From assembly GCA_965112155.1 (NCBI GenBank), contig OZ218099.1: a stretch of 64,000 bases of DNA; one strand, 5' to 3'. The translations under genes were made by a program, and so were the position numbers. Shown piece by piece: positions 51,330-62,401 of the stretch (the stretch's first letter is position 1; each line of letters starts with the position of its first letter). The DNA is from Podarcis liolepis. Taxonomy: Eukaryota. The notes under the pieces are model-generated. The model saw only the letters and a program-made list of their open reading frames with translations, did no database searches and was not told where the DNA came from.

Positions 51330-53434
51330 GTAAGTACTTCTTGTATGGTCTTCAGTTTTATAGAGGATGTGGAAAAAGAGTGGAGGCGAAGGAATGCTAG
51401 TAACGTGGTAGGATGATGAAAGCTGTCCTTCTGAAGCTTCCTTCCTCCCAAGATCTTTAAGACTGAAAGCCACCAAGCAGTGGCAATTTGTATTGCTCAC
51501 ACCACCTCAGGGATATGCAATATGAGCAAATGATGATGCCCTATTGCCTATGACTGCCCTCCTCACTTCCTGTTTATTCCTGAGTCACAAAAACCCTGGT
51601 TCCTTGTGCTGCACATTCATGTACACAAGCTAAAGCCATGGTCATAATTCCTTGAGTACCTGTACAAAAGTTTCCAGCATTTGAGCAGAAACATTTACGT
51701 CTGTGTGGGTGTTTCAGAAACCCTAAAATACAACACAAATTTTAGTATGTGATGAAGTGACAGTGCTCTGTTTGTAGTTGGTAAAGCTAAAATAGCAAAG
51801 ACGGAATTAAATAGAAAGATTTTGAAGAAAATGACATCACCATTGTAAAACTTTGCTAGTTTCTGGAAGCTAAAGTGCAGTGCAGTTGGTGATGAAGTCA
51901 TCTTTTGGTCACAGGGTTCTGCTTAGCACTGGAATTGAGTGCAGCTGTAAACTTGCACTTCCCAACCTCTGTTACAAGAGGATATAATCATGGCCAAGTT
52001 AGCCAACTCTTGTGTCTTGTGCAATCTTTCTAAAGGCAAGGGCTGCTAACACTTCTAGGGGGTTATGGAATGTTGATGAAAGTGAAGATGCCTTGTCAGC
52101 AGTACTGTAAAGGAACTGGGGGTTTTGCCCAACCCCAGTTAAGTCTATCAGCAGTAACGTGTACTAAATTTCAGTAGGAGGAAGCAAGAGGTCAAAGGGT
52201 TACCAAGCTGTTTCCTACAAGGCACAGTCAGCCTTTGGCCAGCTGACCTTGAACTCTGTCCTCTTGGGATTTCTCTGCTGCTACTGTTTGGGGCTCAGTC
52301 TTAGAGCAGCTAAGCTGGCTTAGTAAAGGAAACTGTTTGCTTGCATTTTCCCATCCTACTGAACTCTGTTATCATGGCCCCAGCCCAGTACTGTTTTGAT
52401 TTGCCTAACTGGAGGTTTGAGGCAAAGAGGAAACATGAGATGTGAGAAGTAAACTGGACTCTACAGTCAGACACACTGCATGGAGCTCCATGCCTAGTCT
52501 AGAATCCAGTCAGTAAATGAACTCAGACCTTGACAATACAGGCCTGCATACATTCTGGGAATTGCTCTTCTTGCCCTCTGGGCCTCACTGCTATAATTTA
52601 CCTATTAGATTTTCAGTCCACCCTTCTGTAGCCAATCAGTTCTTAGTACCTCTTAATGAGTGGGAATCTAAAGGGAATCTAAATCTAAAGGGAATCTAAT
52701 ATATTTTCTTTCCTGGCATAGATAAGTCCAGAGATTCCCCTTCTGCTTAGTTGGTTATGCTTTGGTTATTCAGGGCACTGTTTTCTGGCTTTTGAAAACA
52801 AGCAGGAATGGGTTGGGAGTCCAGGATTTGCCACCCTGACACCAAGATATATTATTGCAATCTTACAGTTATTCTTTTCTCAGTTTTCAGAAAAATTGGC
52901 TGTGAGTTGGGAGTTCTGAGCAGCACCGTTTATAATCTGCTTCAGCTACAGATGTTGCAGTGTAAGATGTGAGCAAGGAATGTTTGCTCCGGAAGGGGGT
53001 TTAGTTCAAAACTCTTCCAACAGGAACATGACTTAAAAGGAGTGCAGGAAAATTGTCTCTGAAGTGCATCCAAAACTCATTGCTGGAAAAGGTGTTGGAG
53101 GGGTGGATCCAAAAGGTTTATTTGTGGATTTTCAAAGTGCGCCAGACCTAGCTTGCCTCAATTTTAACTGGAAGCAAATGTTGTTGAAGAGGACCATTTG
53201 ATACACAGACCATTCAATGTGGTCTGATTTTGTGACTTACTGGGTGTTCAGGGAGCTTTCATTTAATGCTGAAGCAATTACCTGATTGCTTCAAAATATG
53301 CGTAAATCACTGCTTAGGCCATGCTGAACAGAGGATGGAATTGCTCCATTTACCATAGACTGACTAATCTCCTTAAAGTAGATACAATTTCATAGGAGGC
53401 TGGGACTAACTTGCCATCTCTCTTTGTTTTCCAG

Positions 53435-53554
53435 GGCGAGTGTGGGAATTTCATCCGCCTTATCCAGCCCTGGAATCGAACCCACTTGTATGTTTGTGGC
53501 ACTGGAGCATACAATCCTGTCTGCACCTTTGTCAATCGAGGCCGTAAAGCACAG
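53435..53554 (+). CDS. SEMA3F: Semaphorin-3F coding exon (120 bp, phase 0 to 0)
   Basis: Branch-point-like actaac and acceptor tctctctttgttttccag|GGC; donor CAG|gtgagg. Encodes [40 protein letters not shown], with the class-3 semaphorin [12 protein letters not shown] motif. Confidence 0.97.
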
Positions 53555-54046
53555 GTGAGGTACTGAAGGAGCATATGGCTGGGACTGCAGCCAGAACAGT
53601 GCTGGAGAAGCATATGAGCTTGCTCTTAGACCATGCTAGGAAAGCAGCCTCTGGCAACATTCAACAAGCAATAAGGGATTGAGATTCGAGTCTTGGGTAA
53701 TGAGATGTGGAATCTTCTCAACTGTCTTATGTTTGTTCAGCCCATTCATATCCCACTTCTCATCAAAGGGAGGCAAAGGCTGCATACATGAATCTCCACC
53801 CCCCCCACACACCTTTACGTGGCTCTCATTTATCATCCCAACAATTCTGAAAGGTAAGTTAGGCTCTTAGGGATTCACCTAACCATCCCCGTCAGCAGAA
53901 GTCCTGCACAAGGAATTCCACTTTGCACAACAGGGCTTCACACACACACACACTTATTCTGACAAGGAGATGGAGCTCCAGGTTTTGAAAAAGGTAATGG
54001 GGACAGTGAAAATATCAAAATAAAACATGTAGACATAGTGTTTCCC

Positions 54047-54047
54047 A

Positions 54048-54102
<55 letters not shown>
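54047..54102. repeat. (AAT)n microsatellite
   Basis: Directly visible. Confidence 0.95.
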
Positions 54103-55267
54103 GGGTAGGAAGAGATGAGGTGTTGGGATCATATATAAAGTAATTTGTAACTAGGTCACAAGAAGCATACCGTGTTATTACTTAAATGTATTGTTTTAAA
54201 CGTCTGATATTATCAGTAATTTTAATATATATATTATGGAAACCACTTAGAGGTTTTGATGATTAAGCATTATTTAAATCACATTAAATACATAAAGCCT
54301 AATCCTAGTAATCCCCCACTGTGCAGAATGAGACTTTCTCCTAAGTATGGGAGTAAATGTATAGAATTGTCGCCTTAATTTGTGATAACCATTATGTCAT
54401 GCAAGACCCTCCATGTCACATAAAATTTGTCAGACTTTAACGGGTTCTCTAACTTGGAAATATGCCATATTTTACTGAACCATTTCCAAATTTATGGAAT
54501 CTTATCTGATTTTTATTTACTGGTAACCAGATTTTTGGCTGTCATTAACATGTTCCCAGTTAGCTAATAATTGCACTTGTTTACGGAATCTTTCAATACA
54601 GACAAGTAAAATAACCTCTGGTTTTAATGGAATTGTTTATCATAGTCATTTCCGCCCAGTATGCCTTGGGGGACGCACACAAAATATGTGTGAAATTAGC
54701 CTTATTGTTACAACACCTCTAACATTGTGTGTTCCTTATATTATATTTGCTTAAACTGTCTAGTGTTAGCATCAAATCTTTAAAATAATACAAGGAGAAT
54801 CTGCTTGCATAGGTGTGAATATATTTTCCACATCTATTTTATTTTCTGACAACAACTTAAAAATAGGAAAACCAATTGAAAACCACTTTTGTAAATGCTC
54901 TTCTTACAGTATCTTGTTTAGCAGGAGTAGCTAAACCTCATTTCAGGGTCTTCTCTAGCCCCCAAACTGATTTCTGCCTTCCCACCCCCAACCCCATCCC
55001 ACTAATTTTAGCAGCAGAGGCAATATGTTTTTGGGAGCGAATGCATAGTTGTACATAAAGTCAAAGCCAACAAGCAGATACACATTCAGTCTAAATACAG
55101 GTCATAAATATTTGACGAGGGGATTTTGATCTCCATAGAAGTATGTGTGTATATTTGAGAGAGACAAAAGACTTCTGCATGCTGCATTCTCTGGCCATAC
55201 CCTGCCATTCCTGCTTCTCTGGCAGGTCACCCTGCCAGCGCTAACTCTCTGCTCCTCCTCTCCTCAG

Positions 55268-55357
55268 GCTTTTGAGCTGAACCAGTCCATCCAGCAGGGA
55301 GGACGGGGAAGTAGAGCAGTTGACTCCTCCCTCCACCCGTCTCCAGTGGAACGCAAG
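55268..55357 (+). CDS. SEMA3F: SEMA3F alternatively spliced cassette exon (90 bp, 30 aa, phase 0 to 0)
   Basis: ctaac branch point at 55241 followed by a pyrimidine tract and cag|GCT; weak donor AAG|gtggga. Encodes AFELNQSIQQGGRGSRAVDSSLHPSPVERK, which lies at the same position as and resembles the recalled mammalian 31-aa insert ATPWTQTQAVRGRGSRATDGALRPMPTAPRQ (shared GRGSRA-D--L-P-P). Confidence 0.85.
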
Positions 55358-56791
55358 GTGGGAATCGCGCTCTGCCATGCTCTTCCCCAAGGACACAACT
55401 GGCTCCTTTCTTAGCATGCCTGAGCCTGGGCACTCTAACTTTCATTTTCAACTGGCATGTACCTAACAACTAACTAATAAGGGAAGGGGGCCAGACCTAT
55501 GGGAATAGGACTGGCCCTTAAATTCACCCCCCTTCCCATCTAGCAATGAGCGCGCTTCCTTTACCGCCTCTCCTTGCGTCTCCTCACTTGAACTAACTCC
55601 TTCTTCCCCAGGCTCGCACAAGGTTTGTGCCAGGAAAGAACACTCTCAGGATGCTTGACCTTACTACATATAGTATAGAACCATGTCCTTGACTGTTTGA
55701 CATTGAGACAAATGGGCTTGCTGTTTCAAGCAAAGGTTTGCTTGATGTGAGGTGGCATGAATAACTAGATTGGGGTAATCAAGGTTGTGATGACTGTGGG
55801 AGCAGGGGGTGGGGTGGGCCTATTGTATATGCTTAGTTGTTGTGAGGAGTGTGGACTTCATTAATGATTACATACAGTTTTTGTAAGTATGTTTGCTGAG
55901 AAATCATGTAAAAAAAAGAAAATGATGAGAAATGTGTTTTACTTGTGTATCAGATGTAATGTATGCTTCTTCTACTGATTATTGCAAGTCATAGCCAATG
56001 CAAGAAGCCATCCCATTAATTTCCTTTCCAGTTTTCTCATTGTTGTCATTTAATTGATAAGGACGACCGTTAGTTGGGAGGAGATTATGAGATTTCCATT
56101 AGTCTCTATTAGTAGAAACTTTGTGGGCATGGTCCTACAATTGGCTAAAGACTTTGGTGTGGGAATGAACTATTTCAGTTGCTCAGCTTGTATGGTTTCC
56201 CACTAAGAAACATTATCAAAGCAGCATGGAATCCAGCCATATGGCAATTCCTACATTGCTCTGTGAACATAGGAATTGGTCCTAATTAACAGAACCCTTT
56301 TTATGTCAGATAGTATTAAGGATGGTATGTTTCCCCATTTACAGGGTAGTGCTGAATAATTTGATTGATTGAGAGGTTGAGCTCCTAATGTGGATTTGTA
56401 TGGGACTAAAGCCTCCTTTCACTCAGCAGTAGGTACTCTCCCATGTGTGTTCAAGATGGTGCACAAAAAAGAAGACAGGAAATGCTATATGCTATTTTTG
56501 TCAAGGCTGAATAGTCTTGGTTGGAGTGTTTGAAACTTTCAGAAGAAAACAACTGAACCTAATCTTGAGAATCTTAACTTTCCTTAACGTTTTGGTGTTG
56601 TTTGATTGTAAATTGGAGAATCAGCCTAAAATGTAGTGCTCTGGTTTCTTAGCATTTTCTTCCTTCTGTTGGATTCTCTAGTTTTGATAATGCCTTGTCT
56701 TACCCCTGGAGTCATCCTGGTAGCTGTTTTCATCTAAATCTGTGGGGCCTGATTCTGTGCTGCTGAGCTGGAGCAGGGTCATTGTCAAAGA

Positions 56792-56840
56792 CATCATCAT
56801 CATCATCATCATCATCATTATTATTATTATTATTATTATT
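56792..56840. repeat. Compound (ATC)n(ATT)n microsatellite
   Basis: Directly visible. Confidence 0.95.
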
Positions 56841-59400
56841 ACACAGTGTATAAGTAACATTGGGTTTTCTTTTTCTCTTTTCTTTACTGAATGTTCCATT
56901 TTACACTTCAAAACAGAAAACTCACAAGTGGCGCAATCACTTTTGCATTTTGCACAAGATGCACACTTTTTCTCAGTGCTGAACAATGGCATTTGACACC
57001 AAAGCAGTCTGCCCACATAAGCCCAAAGCTCTAAATAAAAAGGAAGTCCAACTCCTAAGCAAAATCATCTTTCCAGAAAGAATGCATGTCTAGTAGGTTT
57101 CCTAAACGGGTTGGCACTCACACTGCTTGTGGGAAGATGTGCCATACAACCCCCAATCTCAGTTTCTATTCAGAGTCTGAAAGTCTTCCGTTCCAGTTCT
57201 TTTATTATTTATTGCATTTATTAGTAGGAAAAGAAGTTCTCAAGCTGACTTAACAGCACGGTTCCTCTAAGGGCAACACCTTAAACTACAACTAGGTGTA
57301 ATTAGCTGTAGGTATAACTGCTTAGCAGCCTGCATTTGCTGTCTGCAGGATTTACTAGAACTATAGTTTTGTGTGTCAACACTTGGTCTCATTCAAAAGC
57401 CAGCTTTCATTTTCCTGCTCTTTGTAGCTTGAATTTCCAGCTTCTACTTGATGTGCTATTTATATTATCACTCATTGCTATTAGCCAGTTAAAATGCATT
57501 GCACAATGTCAGGAGCCATCCTACTTTCCTCACCCCCTTGGGCATTGTCACCATGTGTTTGACATACATTAGAAAGAGGAAGCAAGTCTTCACTGATATC
57601 CTGCCACTGTTGACCTCCCAAGCTGTTAGCACAACGAGGTGGGGAAGAGAGTGGGATGTATCAGATGATGAGAAGTTGCAAAGGGAATGGAGTAGAAAAC
57701 ACACTTGTCACATCCTACTGCAGTCTGGAACCCTTCAAGCCCCCTTTCCTATCTTTTGGTAAATTGCAGCTCCCATACACCACCTGTGGATAATTTGTGA
57801 CATTCCCATTAGTACAACTCTTGTAAACTGTGTTGTGCTTAAACTTTAAAAGCTGTTTTATCCCAAACATATCAATCATGTTCCATTTATTTGTATACTA
57901 TGTAAAGAAACTGCATTTGCACTTGTCTCCAGTCAAGTGGACTTCTATGGACAGGTGTCCCTGTCCCCACTTTAATAAAGAATCCTTGCAACATTTAGTG
58001 CTCTTTTCAAAGTCATCCAGTGAAATCCCAAGAGTGCCACAGGCTCTAGCAAAATAACCAGGAGTCTCAAATTATGAATCAGAGACAGAGATCCAGACAA
58101 AGCTAGCTCAGGTCAGGTTCCAGATACAAACACAGGAAGCTCATAATGCCCACCTAAATGCATAGTGGGGAAAGCACTTATTAACTGTAAGATATATGCA
58201 TCATCAAATCATTTGGTGAAAATAAAAAATAAATTTAGAGCTGAGACAAATTGAAAGGAATTGCAAAATAAGAGGGTACTTGTGTGGCATTAAAATGTCC
58301 TCAGGTTTGATGCACCACCACATCAATGCCCTTTCCTCCACAGCTACCTGCTGCACCTCAGTTGACTAGAACTGAGCCCTGGCTAAGGACGTAGAGGCTG
58401 GGTAGGCATATGTGGAGGGAGGGGGTTATTTTGGGACCCTGGTCCCAAGCCAGTTAGACCCCTGCACTTTCTTACAAAAACCTGGCATTATTCAAGTGTC
58501 TCTATCTAGTGAGAACTCTTTGGATATGTGTCTGTGCTGGCATTAGCTGGTATTTCTGGCCCCCACGAAGCTGTATGCTGGGACCACAAATTCCCTATGC
58601 TCATATTCATGTCTGTTCTTTTATCTCATTCACTCATCCCAACTCTAGTTCCTTATGCTGCTGACTCAGCCCATTCTGCTAAAAGTAGCTGACTTTAGCC
58701 ATTCCTCAGGTGAAAGATGAACTACAGAAAGGGGTTTATTCTGTCCAATCCAATCCATCTTGAAGACAGCATCAGCACCATTTACCAAAGATCAATAGGG
58801 TGAATGCTGTCAAAAGAATGAACTCAATAATAGTCTGAGTTAAAAATATTTGAACCGTGTATCTCACACTCCTTATCTATTCAGTCCTTACACCACCCCA
58901 TTCTTAAAACACAAAGCCTTTAAACTGCTCTGCTTTCCATTCGCTGGATGGGGGGGGGGGCGCCCTGAAAAGTTCTCACTTACATTTTTGTAGGAATGAT
59001 CTGTTAATAAATAGCCACAATTCTAGAACAGTAGCTGCACAATAGCCAATTGGACCCTATTCAACAAAGGAAGACGTTTAGCTTAGAAAAACAAGGGACA
59101 GTATCAGTAGTAAATATTTTTCATGGCCAATACAGATATAATAAAATATTGTAACAGGCTTTTGTTTTCTTTAAAAACATGCTGAAGTCATTTTTGTGAC
59201 ATTTTAATAAAAACATTTTGGGTAAAATTATATGAACACATATGTATACTTCCCAATAAATCAATAATATAAAAATAAGTCTGTTCCAGCTAAAATTTAC
59301 ATCTCATTTAACAGAAGCTATTTAACAGTCCATGCCAATGTTTGTCTACTCAGAAGTAGGTCCAACTGAGGGTACTTTCAGTTGGATGTTTATTGTGGGA

Positions 59401-59430
59401 TTATTGACTGATTGATTGATTGATTGATTG
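59401..59430. repeat. (GATT)n microsatellite
   Basis: Directly visible. Confidence 0.85.
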
Positions 59431-59678
59431 CCACATTCACATAACATTGTCAGCATCAAAATGTTAGCCCACATCCTCCTCACTCCAAATTAATCTGCAT
59501 AGACCCTTTCTAGAGGAAATCTGATATATACCACCTGTTGCCAACAATCTTGTTTGCAATAGCTCAATGACCTGTTTTCATATTAAACTCCTGTCTGGAA
59601 GCAGGGTCCTACTCTCAAGTAGGTATGTCAAGTTCTGCAACCTAAGCCACTCCCATCAAAATAAATGGGAATTAAAAG

Positions 59679-59900
59679 CAGTGCCATATTAAACCCTGTG
59701 GAGGCCCCTAGGCAGTTGAAATCTTGTCCTTCCCCCTTGTGCATGCACTCTAATGGGATAATATTGAACTAAGAAAACTTGATTGTAATTTTCTTCCAGA
59801 TCAAATCAATATTATTTTCATCCGTTGTTGCAGGGCCTCTAAAATGCATGAGGCCCAGAGGTCAGTGCCTACTCTCCGCCTGTTTGGTAATCTGGCACTA
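59679..59900. mobile_element. Degenerate hAT-like MITE
   Basis: CAGTGCCATATTA...TAATCTGGCACTA termini with gaggccc subterminal motifs; TSD degraded. Confidence 0.5.
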
Positions 59901-61390
59901 TTCAATAGTGCTTAACACTGGCAGATTAGGTTTAATGTTTTTATCAAACCACAAGAGGTATTTTGTGGGGGGAAACCTCTTAAACCTTTTCACGGCATTT
60001 TTCTTTAATTTCTAAATGGCTTCCAGCCCACTAAAGCAGTGATTTCCAAACATTTCATTAAAAAGATCCACTTGTGGGATTTCTTTCCCAAATGTTGATT
60101 CTACCACCCTGGCTTGGCAGTCTCTTCTCCACTGCTCCTTCTGCCGCATTGGCACCTACAAGCATTGCCAGCATCCTAGCAACCCTCTTATAAGGCCAGA
60201 AGTGGATCCCAGTGTACCGCTTGTGAGTCACTGGAGTAATGAGCCATTAGTTTCATGATAGGAGGGATTCAAATGGCATTCACTCACTCTGCACTTCTCA
60301 GCAATATTTAAGGCCTGCATCCTATCTGCTCTGCTTGTAGCTGTTGGTTGTCCTCTAGGGCGTGGGGGGAAATGTGACATCCGTGATTTATTGTTGTTTC
60401 ATACTCAGAAGAGGTTGTAGCACAGGGTGACTGAAGGCAATCTGAAGTTCATCAGTGTCTAGGTACTACTTAGTAATAATATGTGGTAACTAGACACTTA
60501 CCTGTAGTGTTCACACATTACAGCACACAGTTGTTTCACTTCACCCAGTGGTCATACCCAGTGGAAAAAGTCTGAAAATGTAATGTTGTGTGCAAACATT
60601 GCAGGGAAAACGTTGAATCTTTGGCTAGAATGTTACGTCCAGTGTTTCTTGAGATGGAGAAGTCCAGAAGTATGAATTTTAGGAATGGGTTTGTAAAGTA
60701 GCACCATGCGGATAAAGATGGTGGGATACACTATTTTTATATTAATGTGTTTTGGTTTTTTTCATTTACAGAACAGGTTTCTTTAGGAGGAGAACTGTTA
60801 CTTCTGCAACTTTAAAATGGGACACATATTTGGGAGGTGTGCAAAAGAGTTAGAAAGTGAATGTTCCTGTAAATCGGTCAATGCAGTAGCTTTAGAGAGT
60901 GGCTCTGCTGCCACATTTCTTAGGGTTGACTTGAAATTGATATAAAACTTGTAAGAGTAGCATGTATACAGTACTGCAGTTGCTAGGGTGATGTTTGCAC
61001 CAGCTTTCTACGTGTTTGGTGGTGATTTTTCTCCATGCCTCCACAGGGTCTCTGAACAAAATAAAGTCTGTAGTGGCATGGAAAAAATAGCTTTGCATGG
61101 TGAGGTAATGAACTAACCAGTGAGTCAGCCACCATTGAAAAATGATTTAAAGCAGCTTCCATGGGGTAGACATATTACATGCCAGGATTTCTTACATTCC
61201 ACTGCTTATAACCTTGTTGGACGAAAATTCCACTCCAGAGAGATGCGGTTTGGACAGTGTGATTCACGTATTCAGCATCTTGTATTCCATGTACTTTTAG
61301 ATGCTCTCTGATTAAAGAGAGTTGTGAAGGCCTAAGGTAATAGTGTGTGGTAAAGCAAATCATTGATCTACCTGTTGCCTTACTTTCCAG

Positions 61391-61484
61391 GATTACATAT
61401 TCTACCTGGAACCAGAGAAGCTTGAGTCAGGAAAAGGAAAATGCTCGTATGACCCAAAGGTGGACACCGTATCAGCATTAATAA
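61391..61484 (+). CDS. SEMA3F: Semaphorin-3F coding exon (94 bp, phase 0 to 1)
   Basis: Acceptor ccttactttccag|GAT; donor ATA A|gtgagt. Encodes DYIFYLEPEKLESGKGKCSYDPKVDTVSALI(N). Confidence 0.96.
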
Positions 61485-61523
61485 GTGAGTTCCATGGTTG
61501 TGCAACATCAGTCATTCTATAGG

Positions 61524-61630
61524 CATACAATTGTAGAGTTGGAAGGGACCCCCAATCTAGTCCAATGCAGGAATGCAGGAATCTCAACTAAAACATCCAT
61601 GACAGATGGTCATCCAGCCTCTGTTGAGAA
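61524..61630 (-). mobile_element. CR1 LINE 3' end fragment
   Basis: catacaattgtagagttggaagggacccc..tctagtccaa..gcaggaatc..catccatgacagatggtcatccagcctctg is the reverse complement of a CR1 3' terminus. Confidence 0.75.
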
Positions 61631-62176
61631 ATTTCCCTCTTTATGAGTTCTAAAACGATATCAGGATTGATAAGGGGGAGGGGGGCTATGCTACTTATAA
61701 GCATGCAACGCAACAGCAGCTCTGTGTCAGGAAATGGTTTTGGCCATCCTTGGGCATGGATGAGTTAGCTGGAAATGTCATCTGAGTTAATGGGGAAAGA
61801 TCATGGCCTCTCGGATGCTGATAAAGAAGAGAAAGGACATACTGTTCACTAAACTGCAGTGTCCCATCTGGTGGGAGAAGAGGAGGAATAGGGCTTTGGC
61901 GAATAGCAAAGTTCTGAGAGGTTCCTTGGCAAAATTTCACAGATGACATTTATGTCACTTTGTTATGGTCCAATCGTTTCCACTTATCCATCAGACATGA
62001 TTATTCCTCCCACTGCCCTAGCATTCCAAAACAACACAATGCCTGAGTGGCCAGCTATATTCACATATAGTCAGCTATATTCTGACTTAAGCCAGCTGCA
62101 AATTTCATGCAGACCCCTCTCTTCCCTTGAGAAACCTGGTCCTTTCCATTGGTCATGCTAGAGTTACCAATGTATA

Positions 62177-62401
62177 CAGTGGTACCGCAGGTTACATACG
62201 CTTCAGGTTACATACGCTTCAGGTTACAGACCCCGCTTACCCAGAAATAGTACCTCAGAACTTTGCTTCAGGATGAGAACAGAAATCGCGCAGCAGCAGC
62301 AGGAGGCCCCATTAATTAAAGTGGTGCTTCAGGTTAAGAACAGTTTCAGGTTAAGAACGGACCTCTGGATCGAATTAAGTACTTAACCCGAGGTACCACT
62401 G
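62177..62401 (+). mobile_element. Tigger/pogo-type MITE, copy 6
   Basis: Same TIRs and body; TA TSD. Confidence 0.9.

Larger units (their letters stand above)
49445..61484 (+). other. SEMA3F: SEMA3F gene, partial (five coding exons of the Sema domain; extends beyond the identified exons on both sides)
   Basis: The spliced translation (E)[114 protein letters not shown]-[30-aa cassette]-DYIFYLEPEKLESGKGKCSYDPKVDTVSALI(N) closely matches recalled human SEMA3F. All splice sites are AG/GT and the exon phases are compatible. Confidence 0.95.

Noticed and set aside
52662-52700. Short tandem duplication gggaatctaaa (also at 18605-18640 and 39500-39520)
   Set aside because: Ordinary replication-slippage microduplications with no sign of function.
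46254-57016. Poly-F, poly-L, poly-Y and poly-I/M ORFs
   Set aside because: Translations of (CTT)n, (ATT)n, (AAT)n and (ATC)n microsatellites.
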